From a virus (Duplodnaviria > Caudoviricetes), in the IMG/VR virus record IMGVR_UViG_3300031993_000055, positions 8,637-72,636 of that record: a stretch of DNA of 64,000 bases; one strand, 5' to 3'. The notes under the pieces were generated by a model. The model worked only from the letters and a program-made list of their open reading frames with translations. It had not been told where the DNA came from and did not search any database. Made by a program: the position numbers and the translations under genes. Position 1 is the first letter of the stretch. Every line of letters begins with the position of its first letter. This document shows positions 38,253-48,668 of this stretch, in pieces.

Positions 38253-38495
38253 ATGGAAACAAACAACAAGATGCAGGAAGAACTTGCACAAATCAGGGAG
38301 AATTATAACCAAGGGTTTATCACCGCTTTCGAGGCTATCAAGCTGACTATCGACACGCTTGAACACGCAGGCGAAGACATCGAGGACGAGGACGAGCGCG
38401 ACGCATGGATGCAGACTGTGTACGCAAGTCATCGCGACTGCGAGCACTTCACGAAGGCATGGGAGGAAATCAGCGAACAATGGTATAACTTTTAA
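38253..38495 (+). CDS. Hypothetical early protein
   Basis: CAACTATG start, acidic 80 aa. Confidence 0.6.
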   Translation: METNNKMQEELAQIRENYNQGFITAFEAIKLTIDTLEHAGEDIEDEDERDAWMQTVYASHRDCEHFTKAWEEISEQWYNF

Positions 38496-38513
38496 CTATC
38501 GGGAGGATAAACT

Positions 38514-38972
38514 ATGACACATCGAGAGTTTATTGTGGTGGCCAAAGGTGGCCACGAAACACTATTGGTTAGGGCGCCTCGCCCCGTAACGCTGGCCTAT
38601 GCACGCAAGAACGCATGGCGTTGGACAAAGGTAGTAGACGAAGATAGTTTAGAGGAAGATGAATACGACGGCTATCTGTGCGACTATCGCCCTATGCGAG
38701 AGGAGGAGTGCGTGTTTGTGTATCCGTGGGATCGTGGACGCGAGGTGTATCTGCGCGAGCACGATAACCAGCGGGTGTGTTGCTATCTGCCCGTTATGGA
38801 CGTACTTTCAGGCATAGCTACTGGCGACAACACGCCTATGAAAGTGGCCAACAGTTTCGATACTGCATGGCATGAGTACGAGCTATACGCACGTATATTC
38901 GCCCAGCTGCGCAACGAGGGCTATATCAGTTTTGACTATAACGAGCCGAAAAACGGCTATCACTTTAATTAA
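38514..38972 (+). CDS. Hypothetical early protein
   Basis: AACTATG start, 152 aa. Confidence 0.65.
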   Translation: MTHREFIVVAKGGHETLLVRAPRPVTLAYARKNAWRWTKVVDEDSLEEDEYDGYLCDYRPMREEECVFVYPWDRGREVYLREHDNQRVCCYLPVMDVLSGIATGDNTPMKVANSFDTAWHEYELYARIFAQLRNEGYISFDYNEPKNGYHFN

Positions 38973-38984
38973 ACCCTATTGCCT

Positions 38985-39170
38985 ATGGCAGAAGAATCGA
39001 GTTGTTTAATGTTGCAAATGCGTCCGAAGTTCCAAGAGCTTAGGGACAAGCGTACCTATACCGAGGTACATGTGAAACGCATCCTATTCGGCTTTGCCCG
39101 AGACTTAGGGTGTAAGTGGGACGACCAGCGCCTACGCGACTTTATTGAGACAGCCTTCGACTTTGATTAG
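38985..39170 (+). CDS. Hypothetical early protein
   Basis: Short ORF in the co-oriented string. Confidence 0.5.
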   Translation: MAEESSCLMLQMRPKFQELRDKRTYTEVHVKRILFGFARDLGCKWDDQRLRDFIETAFDFD

Positions 39171-39225
39171 TCGGGGGCTGTTTTTGTTACCTATCTATCA
39201 CAAACAATTTAAAACAACAAATAAA

Positions 39226-39459
39226 ATGAAAAAGTTATCTATAATCATCGGCAAGTTTGTATTGGCACTATCTTGCGCTATCGGCATAGCGTGCTTGTTG
39301 ATAATAAACGAGTGGAACGACACGACCATTCTTGCATCGTTTTTGTTTGTGGGCATTATGTGCGCGCTGCTTCTCGGCCTGCTCGATATCGAGGACGAAG
39401 AGCCCAAGAAGCATCTGTCTATCAAGCGTGGCGCGCGCTCTATGCGCCAGGCAGCGTAA
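39226..39459 (+). CDS. Small two-TM membrane protein
   Basis: Two hydrophobic segments after MKKLSIII. Confidence 0.55.
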   Translation: MKKLSIIIGKFVLALSCAIGIACLLIINEWNDTTILASFLFVGIMCALLLGLLDIEDEEPKKHLSIKRGARSMRQAA

Positions 39460-39492
39460 AAACGAATATTAATCTCTAAAAATCACAGAATT

Positions 39493-39684
39493 ATGGCAAA
39501 CATGAAAGTTATGGCAAGCACCGCCAAGAAGAGTGCAAAGAAAGCTGCTGTTGTATCTATGGCAGCAGTGGCTATGCAGGCAGCTATTGCAGACCTGAAA
39601 GCAGAGTTTGGTAATGATTATATCCCTATGGACGGGACTGTTCTGACCTATACCTACAATCCGTTCGACGGAATGTTGGCCTAA
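39493..39684 (+). CDS. Hypothetical early protein
   Basis: AATTATG start, 63 aa. Confidence 0.5.
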   Translation: MANMKVMASTAKKSAKKAAVVSMAAVAMQAAIADLKAEFGNDYIPMDGTVLTYTYNPFDGMLA

Positions 39685-40093
39685 ACTATGGGAGGCTGGA
39701 GTATGAAAGATAAGCTTATCTATGCCTTGTTGTTATTGGGCATAATCGTGTGCGCTGCGGTAGTGGTGTGGGCGGTATACGAGACAGTAGTGTATAACAT
39801 CGAAAAATTGAGTTGACTATGGCAAAGACTGTCAAGATTGCGCCTGACCTCGAGGAGATTAAGCGCGAGGAGAATGTGTTCAGCTGCGAGTTTAACGGCA
39901 TGGCTATACGCTGGGCTATCGCAGACGACTGCAAGAATATGAGCTCCGACACTGAGCAGAACCTGAAGAAGTGGCTGTAAAATGCTATCGGTATGAGCGG
40001 TAAGCTATGGCAGGTGCCATGGCTCTTGAATAAGAACCTGCCGTTTGCGAGCGAGGTGTATGTGAATAATGAGAAAGTGGACTATCCTAAAGA

Positions 40094-40360
40094 GTGAAGA
40101 CGATGTTTGCAATCTATCGAAAAGATGTGGGCGGTCGCGTGGTCGATCGCTACTTCAAAGACTATAATGCTGCCAAGACAGAGCTGAATCACGACGTGGA
40201 ACGTATGTGCGACCTGGGCGGCAAAGTGACTGAACGTATCGACCGATTTAATTCGGCCAAAGGCTTCTATGAGTATGAGGTGCGTATGCAGCTGGCTAAC
40301 GGCGAGAAGTGCTCGCACGCTCTGATTGACGGCTATTTCGAGGATAACCCTGATGCTTAA
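40094..40360 (+). CDS. Hypothetical early protein
   Basis: ORF track, typical codons. Confidence 0.55.
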   Translation: MKTMFAIYRKDVGGRVVDRYFKDYNAAKTELNHDVERMCDLGGKVTERIDRFNSAKGFYEYEVRMQLANGEKCSHALIDGYFEDNPDA

Positions 40361-40554
40361 CGATTATGAACGAAGGATTATTTCCAGATCCCCGGGAGTG
40401 GCGTGGTCCGTCATTTCGTCCAGACCCTATGGCTAAAACTGTCAGTGAGGTCTATGCCGACTATCAGCGTTGGCAAGAAGAGGATACATCACGCAGTAAT
40501 GTGTCCTTCGAGGAGTATCTGAAGACCGAGGTGTGTAACTAAGCATATACGACT

Positions 40555-41337
40555 ATGGAGACAAGAAAGCGTATTTATCGCGGCAAGTATGAGCTAAGTC
40601 GCATATCGGTGCCACCAAGCGTGGCAGAGTATATCATGAGCAAGCGGGAGATGCTGCGCGACAAGCAGGCCCGCAAGCTCTACGAGGAACTGAAAGAGGA
40701 GTACCGCGTGACGACAGACTATAGCGACTGCCGTCGGTTGCAGTATCTATACGAGTTGTTCTGGGTGCTGGGCAGTGCTACGAGCATCAGCGTGCGCAAG
40801 GTGGACGAGCAGGAGTGCATCCCAACCGACTATCTGGAGCGTGAGGACTCTACGTGGGGATTCGACAAGGTGCAGCCCTGCTGGGTGCTATCGCTGCAGG
40901 TTGACGTAAGTAAGGAGCAGCGCGAGCAGTACCCGCAGCTGGAGGCTATCGTGGAGAAGAAGATGCGGAGCTTTAAGACCGACTTCTACTTTCATGACAT
41001 GATGACTATGAGCCGAGAGTTGTGCCGCCGACCGCTGCTATGGACTGTGAGTACAAGCCACACCTTTATCGAGGTGCACGAGGCTGAGGGCGAGGCCGAG
41101 GCATGGGTGAACTGCGACGACAGAGAGCGTATGCGAAAGTTTACCTATGGCGGCGAGGATGACACATGGATGGGGGCTGCGCTGCGCGTATCGTGCGGCC
41201 AGGACGACCTCTACTACTATCACGACGGGGCACAGCTACACAAGGTGAGCCGCGAGAAGTTCAAGGCTATCCACGACAATCATGTGGAGCGAGTGCGCCA
41301 GCTTATCAGAGAACAGTTAGAACGTAAAGCAGCTTGA
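40555..41337 (+). CDS. Hypothetical early protein (260 aa)
   Basis: ACGACTATG start, typical codons. Confidence 0.7.
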   Translation: METRKRIYRGKYELSRISVPPSVAEYIMSKREMLRDKQARKLYEELKEEYRVTTDYSDCRRLQYLYELFWVLGSATSISVRKVDEQECIPTDYLEREDSTWGFDKVQPCWVLSLQVDVSKEQREQYPQLEAIVEKKMRSFKTDFYFHDMMTMSRELCRRPLLWTVSTSHTFIEVHEAEGEAEAWVNCDDRERMRKFTYGGEDDTWMGAALRVSCGQDDLYYYHDGAQLHKVSREKFKAIHDNHVERVRQLIREQLERKAA

Positions 41338-41524
41338 GCTATGATTACGAGATTGAAGCTCTTTAATGGCCGCGTGGTGGTCATCGAGCAAACATGTACG
41401 GCTATCCGTGCCCGCTATGAGGGCGAGGATGAGAGCAAGAACATCACTACGGAGAAATACGTGGAGTTAGTGAGTAATGGTACGCCTATCGGAGGTATTG
41501 ATTGAACATTGACCATTGAACATT

Positions 41525-41887
41525 ATGGCAAACAAGTATCACATCTATGTGGGCGGTACGTACGACGTAAACACCCACACCTCAAGCGGTGGCACTCTCG
41601 ACGCTACGTTCGACACAGAGCGAGAGGCGTTCTACCATGAGAAGAAACTGCAATGGGAGTTTAAGAAAGGCATATATATGGTGTGCGATGGCGACGAGCG
41701 GTTTATGATCGAGCCCGTTATCCTGGACGGCGAGCAGCACTATAGCATCACCGACAAGCGCACACAGAGCAACTGCTACGGCCTGTGCCGCACGATGCAG
41801 GAAGCTATCGAGGCAAAGGAGTGGTGCGAAAAGTACCACTACGAGCATTGGTATAAGGAGTATTACGACCAATTTAAAGCAGCATGA
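41525..41887 (+). CDS. Hypothetical early protein
   Basis: CATTATG start. Confidence 0.6.
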   Translation: MANKYHIYVGGTYDVNTHTSSGGTLDATFDTEREAFYHEKKLQWEFKKGIYMVCDGDERFMIEPVILDGEQHYSITDKRTQSNCYGLCRTMQEAIEAKEWCEKYHYEHWYKEYYDQFKAA

Positions 41888-41890
41888 GGT

Positions 41891-42079
41891 ATGAAACCGA
41901 AACGTAAGAACTTTCTATCGTGGAGCGAGGCTTGGAGCCGTCTGCTCTCGGGTGAGATTATCGCAGCCTGCCGACTGAGTGCGGGGGCTTACACCTATCT
42001 CAGAAACCAGGCGTGGCGCATAGGCCGCGAGCTGGTGGACTCTGGTGCTGGAAGTTTTAGAACTTTTTCACTGAACTGA
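41891..42079 (+). CDS. Hypothetical early protein
   Basis: Tight spacing in the operon. Confidence 0.5.
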   Translation: MKPKRKNFLSWSEAWSRLLSGEIIAACRLSAGAYTYLRNQAWRIGRELVDSGAGSFRTFSLN

Positions 42080-42083
42080 AAGT

Positions 42084-42440
42084 ATGGCAAAGGTAAAATC
42101 GGTTACTATCGAGTTTGATTTCGATAAGATACTAAAAGGTGTTTTTATCGACAGCAAAAACAAGGACGTAAACACTATTTGCGACCGCTTGTTTGCAGAA
42201 AAATCTATACGCGATTGGTATATGGAGAATTATCCTGATGACGATATGGGTAAAAACTTGTCGAGCTTAACATGGTATAGTTTGTTATTGGCTCTACGCG
42301 AAAGCAGCAATGCGGTTAGTATTCTTCGCGTAGAAGACTCCCTTGTACGAGAGCGTTGCTTTGGTCATCTGGCCGAACTTATGGGTGTGCCATACGATGT
42401 TATCTACTATCTGTGGCTTAGAACGAATTGTAACTATTGA
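42084..42440 (+). CDS. Hypothetical early protein
   Basis: Tight spacing in the operon, 118 aa. Confidence 0.6.
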   Translation: MAKVKSVTIEFDFDKILKGVFIDSKNKDVNTICDRLFAEKSIRDWYMENYPDDDMGKNLSSLTWYSLLLALRESSNAVSILRVEDSLVRERCFGHLAELMGVPYDVIYYLWLRTNCNY

Positions 42441-42457
42441 CATAAAAAATTACGACT

Positions 42458-42832
42458 ATGGAGAAACTTAGAGTTGAAGTGTTTCGCCACCAGGCTTGGG
42501 GCGACTGCACCAATAATGGCGTGTCATCTCGCCACAACGAGATGTTACTGTTCTGGGATTGCAAGCGAGAGGATGCTATCGCCTATTGCGATGACAACGG
42601 CATCAACATCGACGGATGTCTTTGGCTGAAGCCGAGAGATTTATGGGGACACGATCACAGCGTGGCCGTGCCACTGATACATGAGACGAACATGGTTGGC
42701 CCCATGATGGGTGGCAACTTCGTCTATACCTGCGACAGCCGTATGCCTAAGATTGAGGGCTGGCTGCACGCTCCTATTGCGGTTCACGACCGCTATGAGA
42801 CACAGGAGGATTATAATTCAAATTTCGATTGA
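42458..42832 (+). CDS. Hypothetical early protein
   Basis: ACGACTATG start, 124 aa. Confidence 0.65.
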   Translation: MEKLRVEVFRHQAWGDCTNNGVSSRHNEMLLFWDCKREDAIAYCDDNGINIDGCLWLKPRDLWGHDHSVAVPLIHETNMVGPMMGGNFVYTCDSRMPKIEGWLHAPIAVHDRYETQEDYNSNFD

Positions 42833-42850
42833 CCACCTAAAACGACGGCT

Positions 42851-43033
42851 ATGGCACAGTATCATGCACAGCTTCTCAGCACCATGGTCAAAATCCATTC
42901 TGAGAAGTCTATCGACGAGGTTAGTGCGTATCTCCTGGCACACTATGACGAGCCTCTGGTGTATCTGTGGGATGTCGCCGACTATCCTGATGACCCCATG
43001 AGCTATACAGGGGATATAGAGATTACGGTTTAA
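42851..43033 (+). CDS. Hypothetical early protein
   Basis: ACGGCTATG start. Confidence 0.5.
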   Translation: MAQYHAQLLSTMVKIHSEKSIDEVSAYLLAHYDEPLVYLWDVADYPDDPMSYTGDIEITV

Positions 43034-43059
43034 TAATTTACAATAAAAAAATCACAATT

Positions 43060-44175
43060 ATGGAAAAAAGCAGAATCCATATCGCCAACGGAGTTCAGTA
43101 CTATTTCGGTGGCGACTACGGCTCTATCTTCATGGTCGAGCCAAAGACAATTTCCCGCTTCCATGAGCTGCACAACCAGCAGCCAGATGCGGACAAGTAC
43201 GGCGTGTTCTTCGCTTTCAGCAAGGAGCAGTTCAAGAAAGGCTACGACTCTATGGTGCGTCGCGGCTACATCAAGGACGGCGATAAAATCAAGGAGGGCC
43301 CTTTGGGCATGTACGGCACCGAGGACGAGATTCACCGTTTCTACGAGTTCTACGAGGAGCGCAACAAGAAGATTGCCCAGGAGTGCGACCCGCAGGAGGT
43401 CTACTTCTATGAGTGGAACAACCATGAGGTGTGTATCTCCTGCGACGATGACGAAGCTATGCGCTGTATCATTGACTATTTTGGCAAGGAGGCAGCCCAC
43501 AAGGTCGAGCGTGTCTATGCAGGTACGCCTATTAACGTGCTGGCCCCGCTCACTACCCGCGACGAGCACCTCAAGCAGTACGAGCACTCGTTGATGATGC
43601 TCGGTCGTCTGAGCTTCGACTGTGGCGGCTTCTTCTCAGAGGGCGACTGTCGCTATCATCGCCCGGAATGCCTGTGGGCAGGCAATATCAAAAAGCAGGT
43701 CGAGGAGATGCGCAAGCTCTATAACGGCCTGCCGGACGACATCAAGGACGAGAGCTGCATGAGCAAGGAGAAGATTGAGGACTATGGCAAGCGTTTCGAG
43801 CAGTGGGCTGACGAGGAGTTTGCCAAGGATATCTATAACCCTGTGCCGCCTACGCCTCGCAGTAAGTACAAGGGCTATGAGCTGGCGTTAGGTTACAAGC
43901 GTCTGCGCTATAAGGACGAAGACGGCAAATGGCAGACCCCCGACCACGTATGGTTCAGCAACGACACGCGCCGCTGTCATCAGGATAAGAGCTGTGTGGC
44001 AGGACGATGCTTTACAAGCTATCTCGGCAAGAAAGGCACCACGCTGACGCGCGTCTATATCGACACCGACTCCATGAGCTTTGAGCCCTACACGCTGCCA
44101 CACCTGTGCGACGTGTCGGCTAAGTATAACCCTGACTACCGTCAGAACAAACTCTATGACTTCTATCACGAGTAG
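43060..44175 (+). CDS. Hypothetical protein (371 aa)
   Basis: Long ORF with typical codons. Confidence 0.75.
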   Translation: MEKSRIHIANGVQYYFGGDYGSIFMVEPKTISRFHELHNQQPDADKYGVFFAFSKEQFKKGYDSMVRRGYIKDGDKIKEGPLGMYGTEDEIHRFYEFYEERNKKIAQECDPQEVYFYEWNNHEVCISCDDDEAMRCIIDYFGKEAAHKVERVYAGTPINVLAPLTTRDEHLKQYEHSLMMLGRLSFDCGGFFSEGDCRYHRPECLWAGNIKKQVEEMRKLYNGLPDDIKDESCMSKEKIEDYGKRFEQWADEEFAKDIYNPVPPTPRSKYKGYELALGYKRLRYKDEDGKWQTPDHVWFSNDTRRCHQDKSCVAGRCFTSYLGKKGTTLTRVYIDTDSMSFEPYTLPHLCDVSAKYNPDYRQNKLYDFYHE

Positions 44176-44208
44176 TTTTTTTTATTAACCCAAAAATTCA
44201 AAACGATT

Positions 44209-45255
44209 ATGACAACAAGAATCACTATGCCACAAGTGGCTACAGTCAACCCAAGTAGCAGACCTTTCGAGCCAGTTGAAATCCCTCTCGAGGATTTGCT
44301 GCTGTCCCGTGCCGACGAGAACGCTATGATTGCGCCTATCTCGGACAACACAGAGTGGTTCCCTCCTATCAGGGAGGGTAAGACCAGAGGTATCACTATG
44401 GAGCAGCTTCGTGCAGGCAGCGACATTGAGGACCGCAACGGCGCTATCCTCAATGGCATCAACGCCTATCAGCTCATCGGTCAGGTGGCGCAGATGGCCC
44501 GTAACTACCATGGAGAGGCCCGTATCAAGGACCTCTTCGTGGCCGACAACATCAACTCGAGCCTTGGTAACGGCATCGCCATCAACAAGCGTCTCAAGGA
44601 CATCTATCAGAAGCAGACGGGTACGGAGAACATCCCGTTCGCGGCGGCTACGTTCAACCGTGTGTTCTGTAACATCGAGCTGGTCGGCCAGCATACTGAC
44701 ACCCATATCGCCAATATCGTGGTGGCTACCAACCAGCAGGGTCTGCAGGTGGCTGTGGGTGCGCACTGCTATGCTTGCCGTAACCAGACTATCCTCGGCA
44801 AGGAGCACCTTGTCAGCAGCTATGGCCGTCGTAAAATCAGCACAGAGGATTTCCTGCGTGCCGTCGACCTGATGCTCTCCGGCTACCGCTTCGTGGATGA
44901 CATGGAAGCCCTGCGCCGTATGCAGGCTATCGAGCTCTCCGACGAGCATGTGCTGATGATTATGGGCTATCTGCGCCATATCTACGCCAAGTACAACAGC
45001 CGCACGAAGTCTATCCGAGACGAGGTAACGGGTAAGTACGACATCTATCCCATGGATGCCTCTCAGCTCAACCGTCTCGACCAGTGTATCGTTGAGACCG
45101 AGCGTATGCTTGGTGGCCGTCCTATGACTGTCTACGACCTCTATCAGGGTGCTACCACTATCTACAAGGTGGCCCGCACCGATATGCCCAATATCCTGCC
45201 GCAGAACCTCGCCTTCGTGCAGACGCTGAGTGAGATATTCGGGCAGGACTTCTAA
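44209..45255 (+). CDS. Conserved phage/plasmid-type protein, DUF932-like (348 aa)
   Basis: LQVAVGAHCYACRNQTI and MTVYDLYQGATTIYK resemble DUF932-like proteins (recollection, not a search). Confidence 0.5.
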   Translation: MTTRITMPQVATVNPSSRPFEPVEIPLEDLLLSRADENAMIAPISDNTEWFPPIREGKTRGITMEQLRAGSDIEDRNGAILNGINAYQLIGQVAQMARNYHGEARIKDLFVADNINSSLGNGIAINKRLKDIYQKQTGTENIPFAAATFNRVFCNIELVGQHTDTHIANIVVATNQQGLQVAVGAHCYACRNQTILGKEHLVSSYGRRKISTEDFLRAVDLMLSGYRFVDDMEALRRMQAIELSDEHVLMIMGYLRHIYAKYNSRTKSIRDEVTGKYDIYPMDASQLNRLDQCIVETERMLGGRPMTVYDLYQGATTIYKVARTDMPNILPQNLAFVQTLSEIFGQDF

Positions 45256-45302
45256 GAGAACAAAGGAAACAAGAGTTATTAATCCCCAAAATTCATACGA
45301 CT

Positions 45303-46007
45303 ATGAAACTGAATCTTTCAAACAACGTAAAGAAGAACGAGAGTGTAAACGTGCAGAACGCACATGTTAATAACCAGGTTATCGCAGCTGCTGCTGCAGG
45401 CCCTGCCGTCGATGCCGAGGCCGTCGAGATTAAGGACGAGCCTAAGGCCAAGGCTGCGCCTAAGAAGAAGGGTGCCGCCAAGAAGGCTGCGCCTAAGAAG
45501 AGTGCGCCCAAGACCAAGGACAGCTATCGCATCCAGGAGTACACCACCAAGAAGGGTGGTACCGCCTATCTGCTCTTCGGCTTCCAGACGAAGGAGGCCG
45601 CCGAGGCTGTGGCAGAGAAGTGCTCTAAGACCGTCTCTGCTTCATGGCGACGCAACGAGAAGGGCGAGCAGCTCTTCTGCCTGTCTCTGGGCTCACGCTA
45701 TGGCGAGGTTACCAAGGCTCTCTGCGAGGCGCTGAACAAGGGCGACAAGAAGGCTATCGACAAGGCTTGTGCCGCTTCCCGTGATATCTATGAGCTGGCC
45801 GTGGCTGCTGGCAAGGCAGAGCGTGAGGCCAAAAAGGCTGAGCGTGCTGCCGAGAAGAAAGCCAAGGGTGCCGAGTCGGCCAAGGGTGCTGCCAAGGATT
45901 CCAAGAACTATTCCGACAAGGACGTGGCCAAGATGCTCTCTGATATTATGTCGGGTAAAGGTGGTATCCCCGAGGCCGTGAAGAAACTTATGCAAGCTGC
46001 TGCTTGA
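45303..46007 (+). CDS. Lys/Ala-rich hypothetical protein (234 aa)
   Basis: KAAPKKKGAAKKAAPKKS tract; followed by a terminator. Confidence 0.7.
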   Translation: MKLNLSNNVKKNESVNVQNAHVNNQVIAAAAAGPAVDAEAVEIKDEPKAKAAPKKKGAAKKAAPKKSAPKTKDSYRIQEYTTKKGGTAYLLFGFQTKEAAEAVAEKCSKTVSASWRRNEKGEQLFCLSLGSRYGEVTKALCEALNKGDKKAIDKACAASRDIYELAVAAGKAEREAKKAERAAEKKAKGAESAKGAAKDSKNYSDKDVAKMLSDIMSGKGGIPEAVKKLMQAAA

Positions 46008-46015
46008 CTCTGAAC

Positions 46016-46046
46016 TATGGGGAGCCTCGTGCTCCCCATACTTTCT
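46016..46046 (+). terminator. Intrinsic terminator
   Basis: TATGGGGAGC-CTCGT-GCTCCCCATA followed by CTTT. Confidence 0.65.
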
Positions 46047-46084
46047 ATAACCTACGGATTTTACGGATTTAAATTATCACGATT

Positions 46085-46576
46085 ATGTCACACAGTAACA
46101 TCTATCAGATAAGTAGAAAGCCTATCGACAAAGACGACTACAAGACAAGTAGCGAGTATTATGACAACTCGAGCGACTTTGCCGACTATATCGGCGACGA
46201 GTTGGAGGGCGAACTGCGCGATAAAGCAATCAGCGAATTGGCTGAACTTATCAAAGACGTGTTCGAGTATATCGGAGACGGCGTGTTCGTATACAGGGGA
46301 AAGAGATTTATGCAGGGCTTCAAGCAGGACTGGGCAGACGAGATAAAGCATCTGGCCGAAGAGATGACGGCCGACAATATGACAAAGAACCAGCGACTCT
46401 ATAACATCGGCCAGACTACTCTGGAGACACACCTGCGCTCAGACTGCCGCGTGGATCTCGTGGATTGGTGCAACGGCGTTGCCAACCCCCTTGGAGAACT
46501 CTTTGAGTTTGCTGACTATAAGCTCCGCAAAGGCTGCAAGCTATACGTAGGAGCCGTTATCGACTATCACTTATAA
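46085..46576 (+). CDS. Hypothetical protein immediately upstream of the RT (163 aa)
   Basis: ACGATTATG start; 12-nt gap to the RT. Confidence 0.7.
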   Translation: MSHSNIYQISRKPIDKDDYKTSSEYYDNSSDFADYIGDELEGELRDKAISELAELIKDVFEYIGDGVFVYRGKRFMQGFKQDWADEIKHLAEEMTADNMTKNQRLYNIGQTTLETHLRSDCRVDLVDWCNGVANPLGELFEFADYKLRKGCKLYVGAVIDYHL

Positions 46577-46588
46577 ATACATACGACT

Positions 46589-48229
46589 ATGGAAGATATT
46601 TTGCTACAGAAGTTCTTCGAGTTTGAGCGTTGGGAGGCAGCTATCGCCAAGGGCATCGTCAAGGACGTGTCCAAGGCGTGGCTGTACCAGCTGTGCAAGC
46701 CCGAGACGAGAATGATGATGTACGAGGCTATACGCGACGGCAGGTACGAGATTGCCCCGCCGCATACGGCGCTTATCCCCAAGGACACGCCGGGCGAGTT
46801 TCGTACGGTATATGTGAACGAGCCTGCGGACCGTATTCTGCTGAGCATCGTCAACGACCTGCTCTTCGAGCTGATGCCCGACAAGGTGCATCCTGCCTGC
46901 AAGAGCTATCTCAAGGGTATCGGCTGCGGCAAGGTGGTACAGGAGGCCAGCAGTGCTATCGTGTACTATACCAGGGAGTGTCCGTATACCAAGATAGGGT
47001 GGAAGAGCGACCTCTCGAAGTATTTCGACTCGGTGCCTATCGAGTATATCGACGGTGCTTTCGACATGGTGGAGGAGCGCTATGGACACTCTGCTATCAT
47101 CGACGTGCTGCGCAAGTACTACCACTCGGATGTGTATATCACTCCTGAGGGCGAGGTGGCCTATAAGTACCAGAGCCTGAAGCAGGGCTGCTCGGTGGCA
47201 TCGTGGCTGGCCGACGTGCTGCTCTATCATATCGACGAGCAGCTCTCTGCCTTGGACGGTCATTACGACCGCTATTCCGACGACATGCTCTTCATCGGTG
47301 CGGAAGCCGAGAAGGGTATGGCTATCCTCATTGACGAGCTGGGCAAGATGCAGATGTGCCTGAATCCGAAAAAGGTGGAGTGGCTTGACGACAGTCATTG
47401 GTTCAAGTTCCTGGGCTTCTCTATCAAGGGTGCGAGCATCTCTCTGAGCTCTACCCGCATAAAAACCTTCCAGAAGGAAATCGAGGCATGGACTATTCGT
47501 CATCGTGCCCGCCACACCTTCCAGGGCGTCAAGCCATGGAGCGTGCAGAAGGCTATCAACGGCGTGAACCGCTATCTCTATAAGGGCGACGGCGACGGCC
47601 ACTCATGGGCTACGGGTGTGCTCTCTGTCATCAACGTACGACAGGATGTGGATACCCTCAATGCCTTCGTCATGGACTGCATCCGTGCCGTCCATACCGG
47701 TAAGAAGAAGATTGGCGGCTTAGGCTATGACAAGCAGGGTAAGGACGGCTGTATCGTACGTGGCAGAGGACGTAATGTTACTGCCAACAGACAGAAGACG
47801 GGCGACGATATCTCCGGCTATATCTCGCTGGGATGTATGCAGAACGCTATCCGTACTTCCAGGGCGGCCTATGATGCGCTGGTGAGGACACTGACACTTC
47901 CCAACCCACCCGCCCTTCACCCCGCCCCTGACCCCTCCCCTGCAAGGGGTGGGGAGACTACTATAGAGGCGCTTGAGACTGCCTATGCCGTCTATAAGCA
48001 CTCTATCCCCTCGGAGCAGACCATGCACCGCACGGCCCGCTTCTATGCCCTGCCGGAGTCGGAGCTGTCGGATGATGACATGCTCTATGGCGTACACCGT
48101 GAGCAGGCCGAGCGTGATTTGGAGAATGCCTTGCAGGGCTTCACCCTTCCCGAGGGCAGCGGGTGGTTCTGGCAGTCGTCCAACGACCCCGACCTCGTGG
48201 TGCTGCGCTCATGGTGCAAGGCAGCGTGA
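46589..48229 (+). CDS. Reverse transcriptase (YSDD) with extra C-terminal domain
   Basis: RT motifs in order: IPK..GEFRTVYVNEPADRIL, KSDLSKYFDSV, LKQGCSVASWLADVLL, RYSDD, LNPKK, FKFLGFSI. Confidence 0.95.
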   Translation: MEDILLQKFFEFERWEAAIAKGIVKDVSKAWLYQLCKPETRMMMYEAIRDGRYEIAPPHTALIPKDTPGEFRTVYVNEPADRILLSIVNDLLFELMPDKVHPACKSYLKGIGCGKVVQEASSAIVYYTRECPYTKIGWKSDLSKYFDSVPIEYIDGAFDMVEERYGHSAIIDVLRKYYHSDVYITPEGEVAYKYQSLKQGCSVASWLADVLLYHIDEQLSALDGHYDRYSDDMLFIGAEAEKGMAILIDELGKMQMCLNPKKVEWLDDSHWFKFLGFSIKGASISLSSTRIKTFQKEIEAWTIRHRARHTFQGVKPWSVQKAINGVNRYLYKGDGDGHSWATGVLSVINVRQDVDTLNAFVMDCIRAVHTGKKKIGGLGYDKQGKDGCIVRGRGRNVTANRQKTGDDISGYISLGCMQNAIRTSRAAYDALVRTLTLPNPPALHPAPDPSPARGGETTIEALETAYAVYKHSIPSEQTMHRTARFYALPESELSDDDMLYGVHREQAERDLENALQGFTLPEGSGWFWQSSNDPDLVVLRSWCKAA

Positions 48230-48235
48230 TATGAT

Positions 48236-48416
48236 GCTACCGCATAGTAGCTCCCTGCTTAGGACGGCAAGCTATTTCAGTACAGAAGACCTTGACTACT
48301 GTAAGGGGCCCAGGAGATGAGCCAGGTTATTACCGTGGCTCATCTCCTGGGAACCTTACCGTAGCAACGTCTTCTTTAACAACGAGACGCTATAGCGCTA
48401 TGCCATGCCGTAAGGA
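48236..48416 (+). ncRNA. RT-associated structured RNA unit 1
   Basis: GCTAC-CGCATA-GTAGC; TAGGACGGCAA; CTATTTCA; long hairpin 48284-48375; CTATA..TATGC-C (48399-48403); CC-GTAA-GG. Confidence 0.8.
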
Positions 48417-48432
48417 GCAGGTATCTCTCTTA

Positions 48433-48619
48433 TCAGTCCGCACAGACTGAAAAAACATTCCGTAGGACGGCAACTATTTCATACGTGCTGTATCTTAACC
48501 AGAGATGGGCCGTCTCAGTATTCAGGTTCATCACCGTGGACACTGAAGACGGCCCGATTTCTGGCTATCCAGCCCTTAATCGGAACTATACAGACAGATG
48601 TGCCGAGCTGTCAGGCGGG
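48433..48619 (+). ncRNA. RT-associated structured RNA unit 2
   Basis: TCAGTC-CGCACA-GACTGA; TAGGACGGCAA; CTATTTCA; hairpin 48487-48573; TGTGC-C (48599-48603). Confidence 0.8.
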
Positions 48620-48668
48620 ACACAAACAATTCACAATTAACAATTCACAATTTTAAAATTCTACAACT

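Noticed and set aside
46589-48620. Group II intron
   Set aside because: No recognisable domain V/VI hairpin after the ORF, no interrupted host gene and no endonuclease domain; the downstream RNA belongs to the repeated unit family.
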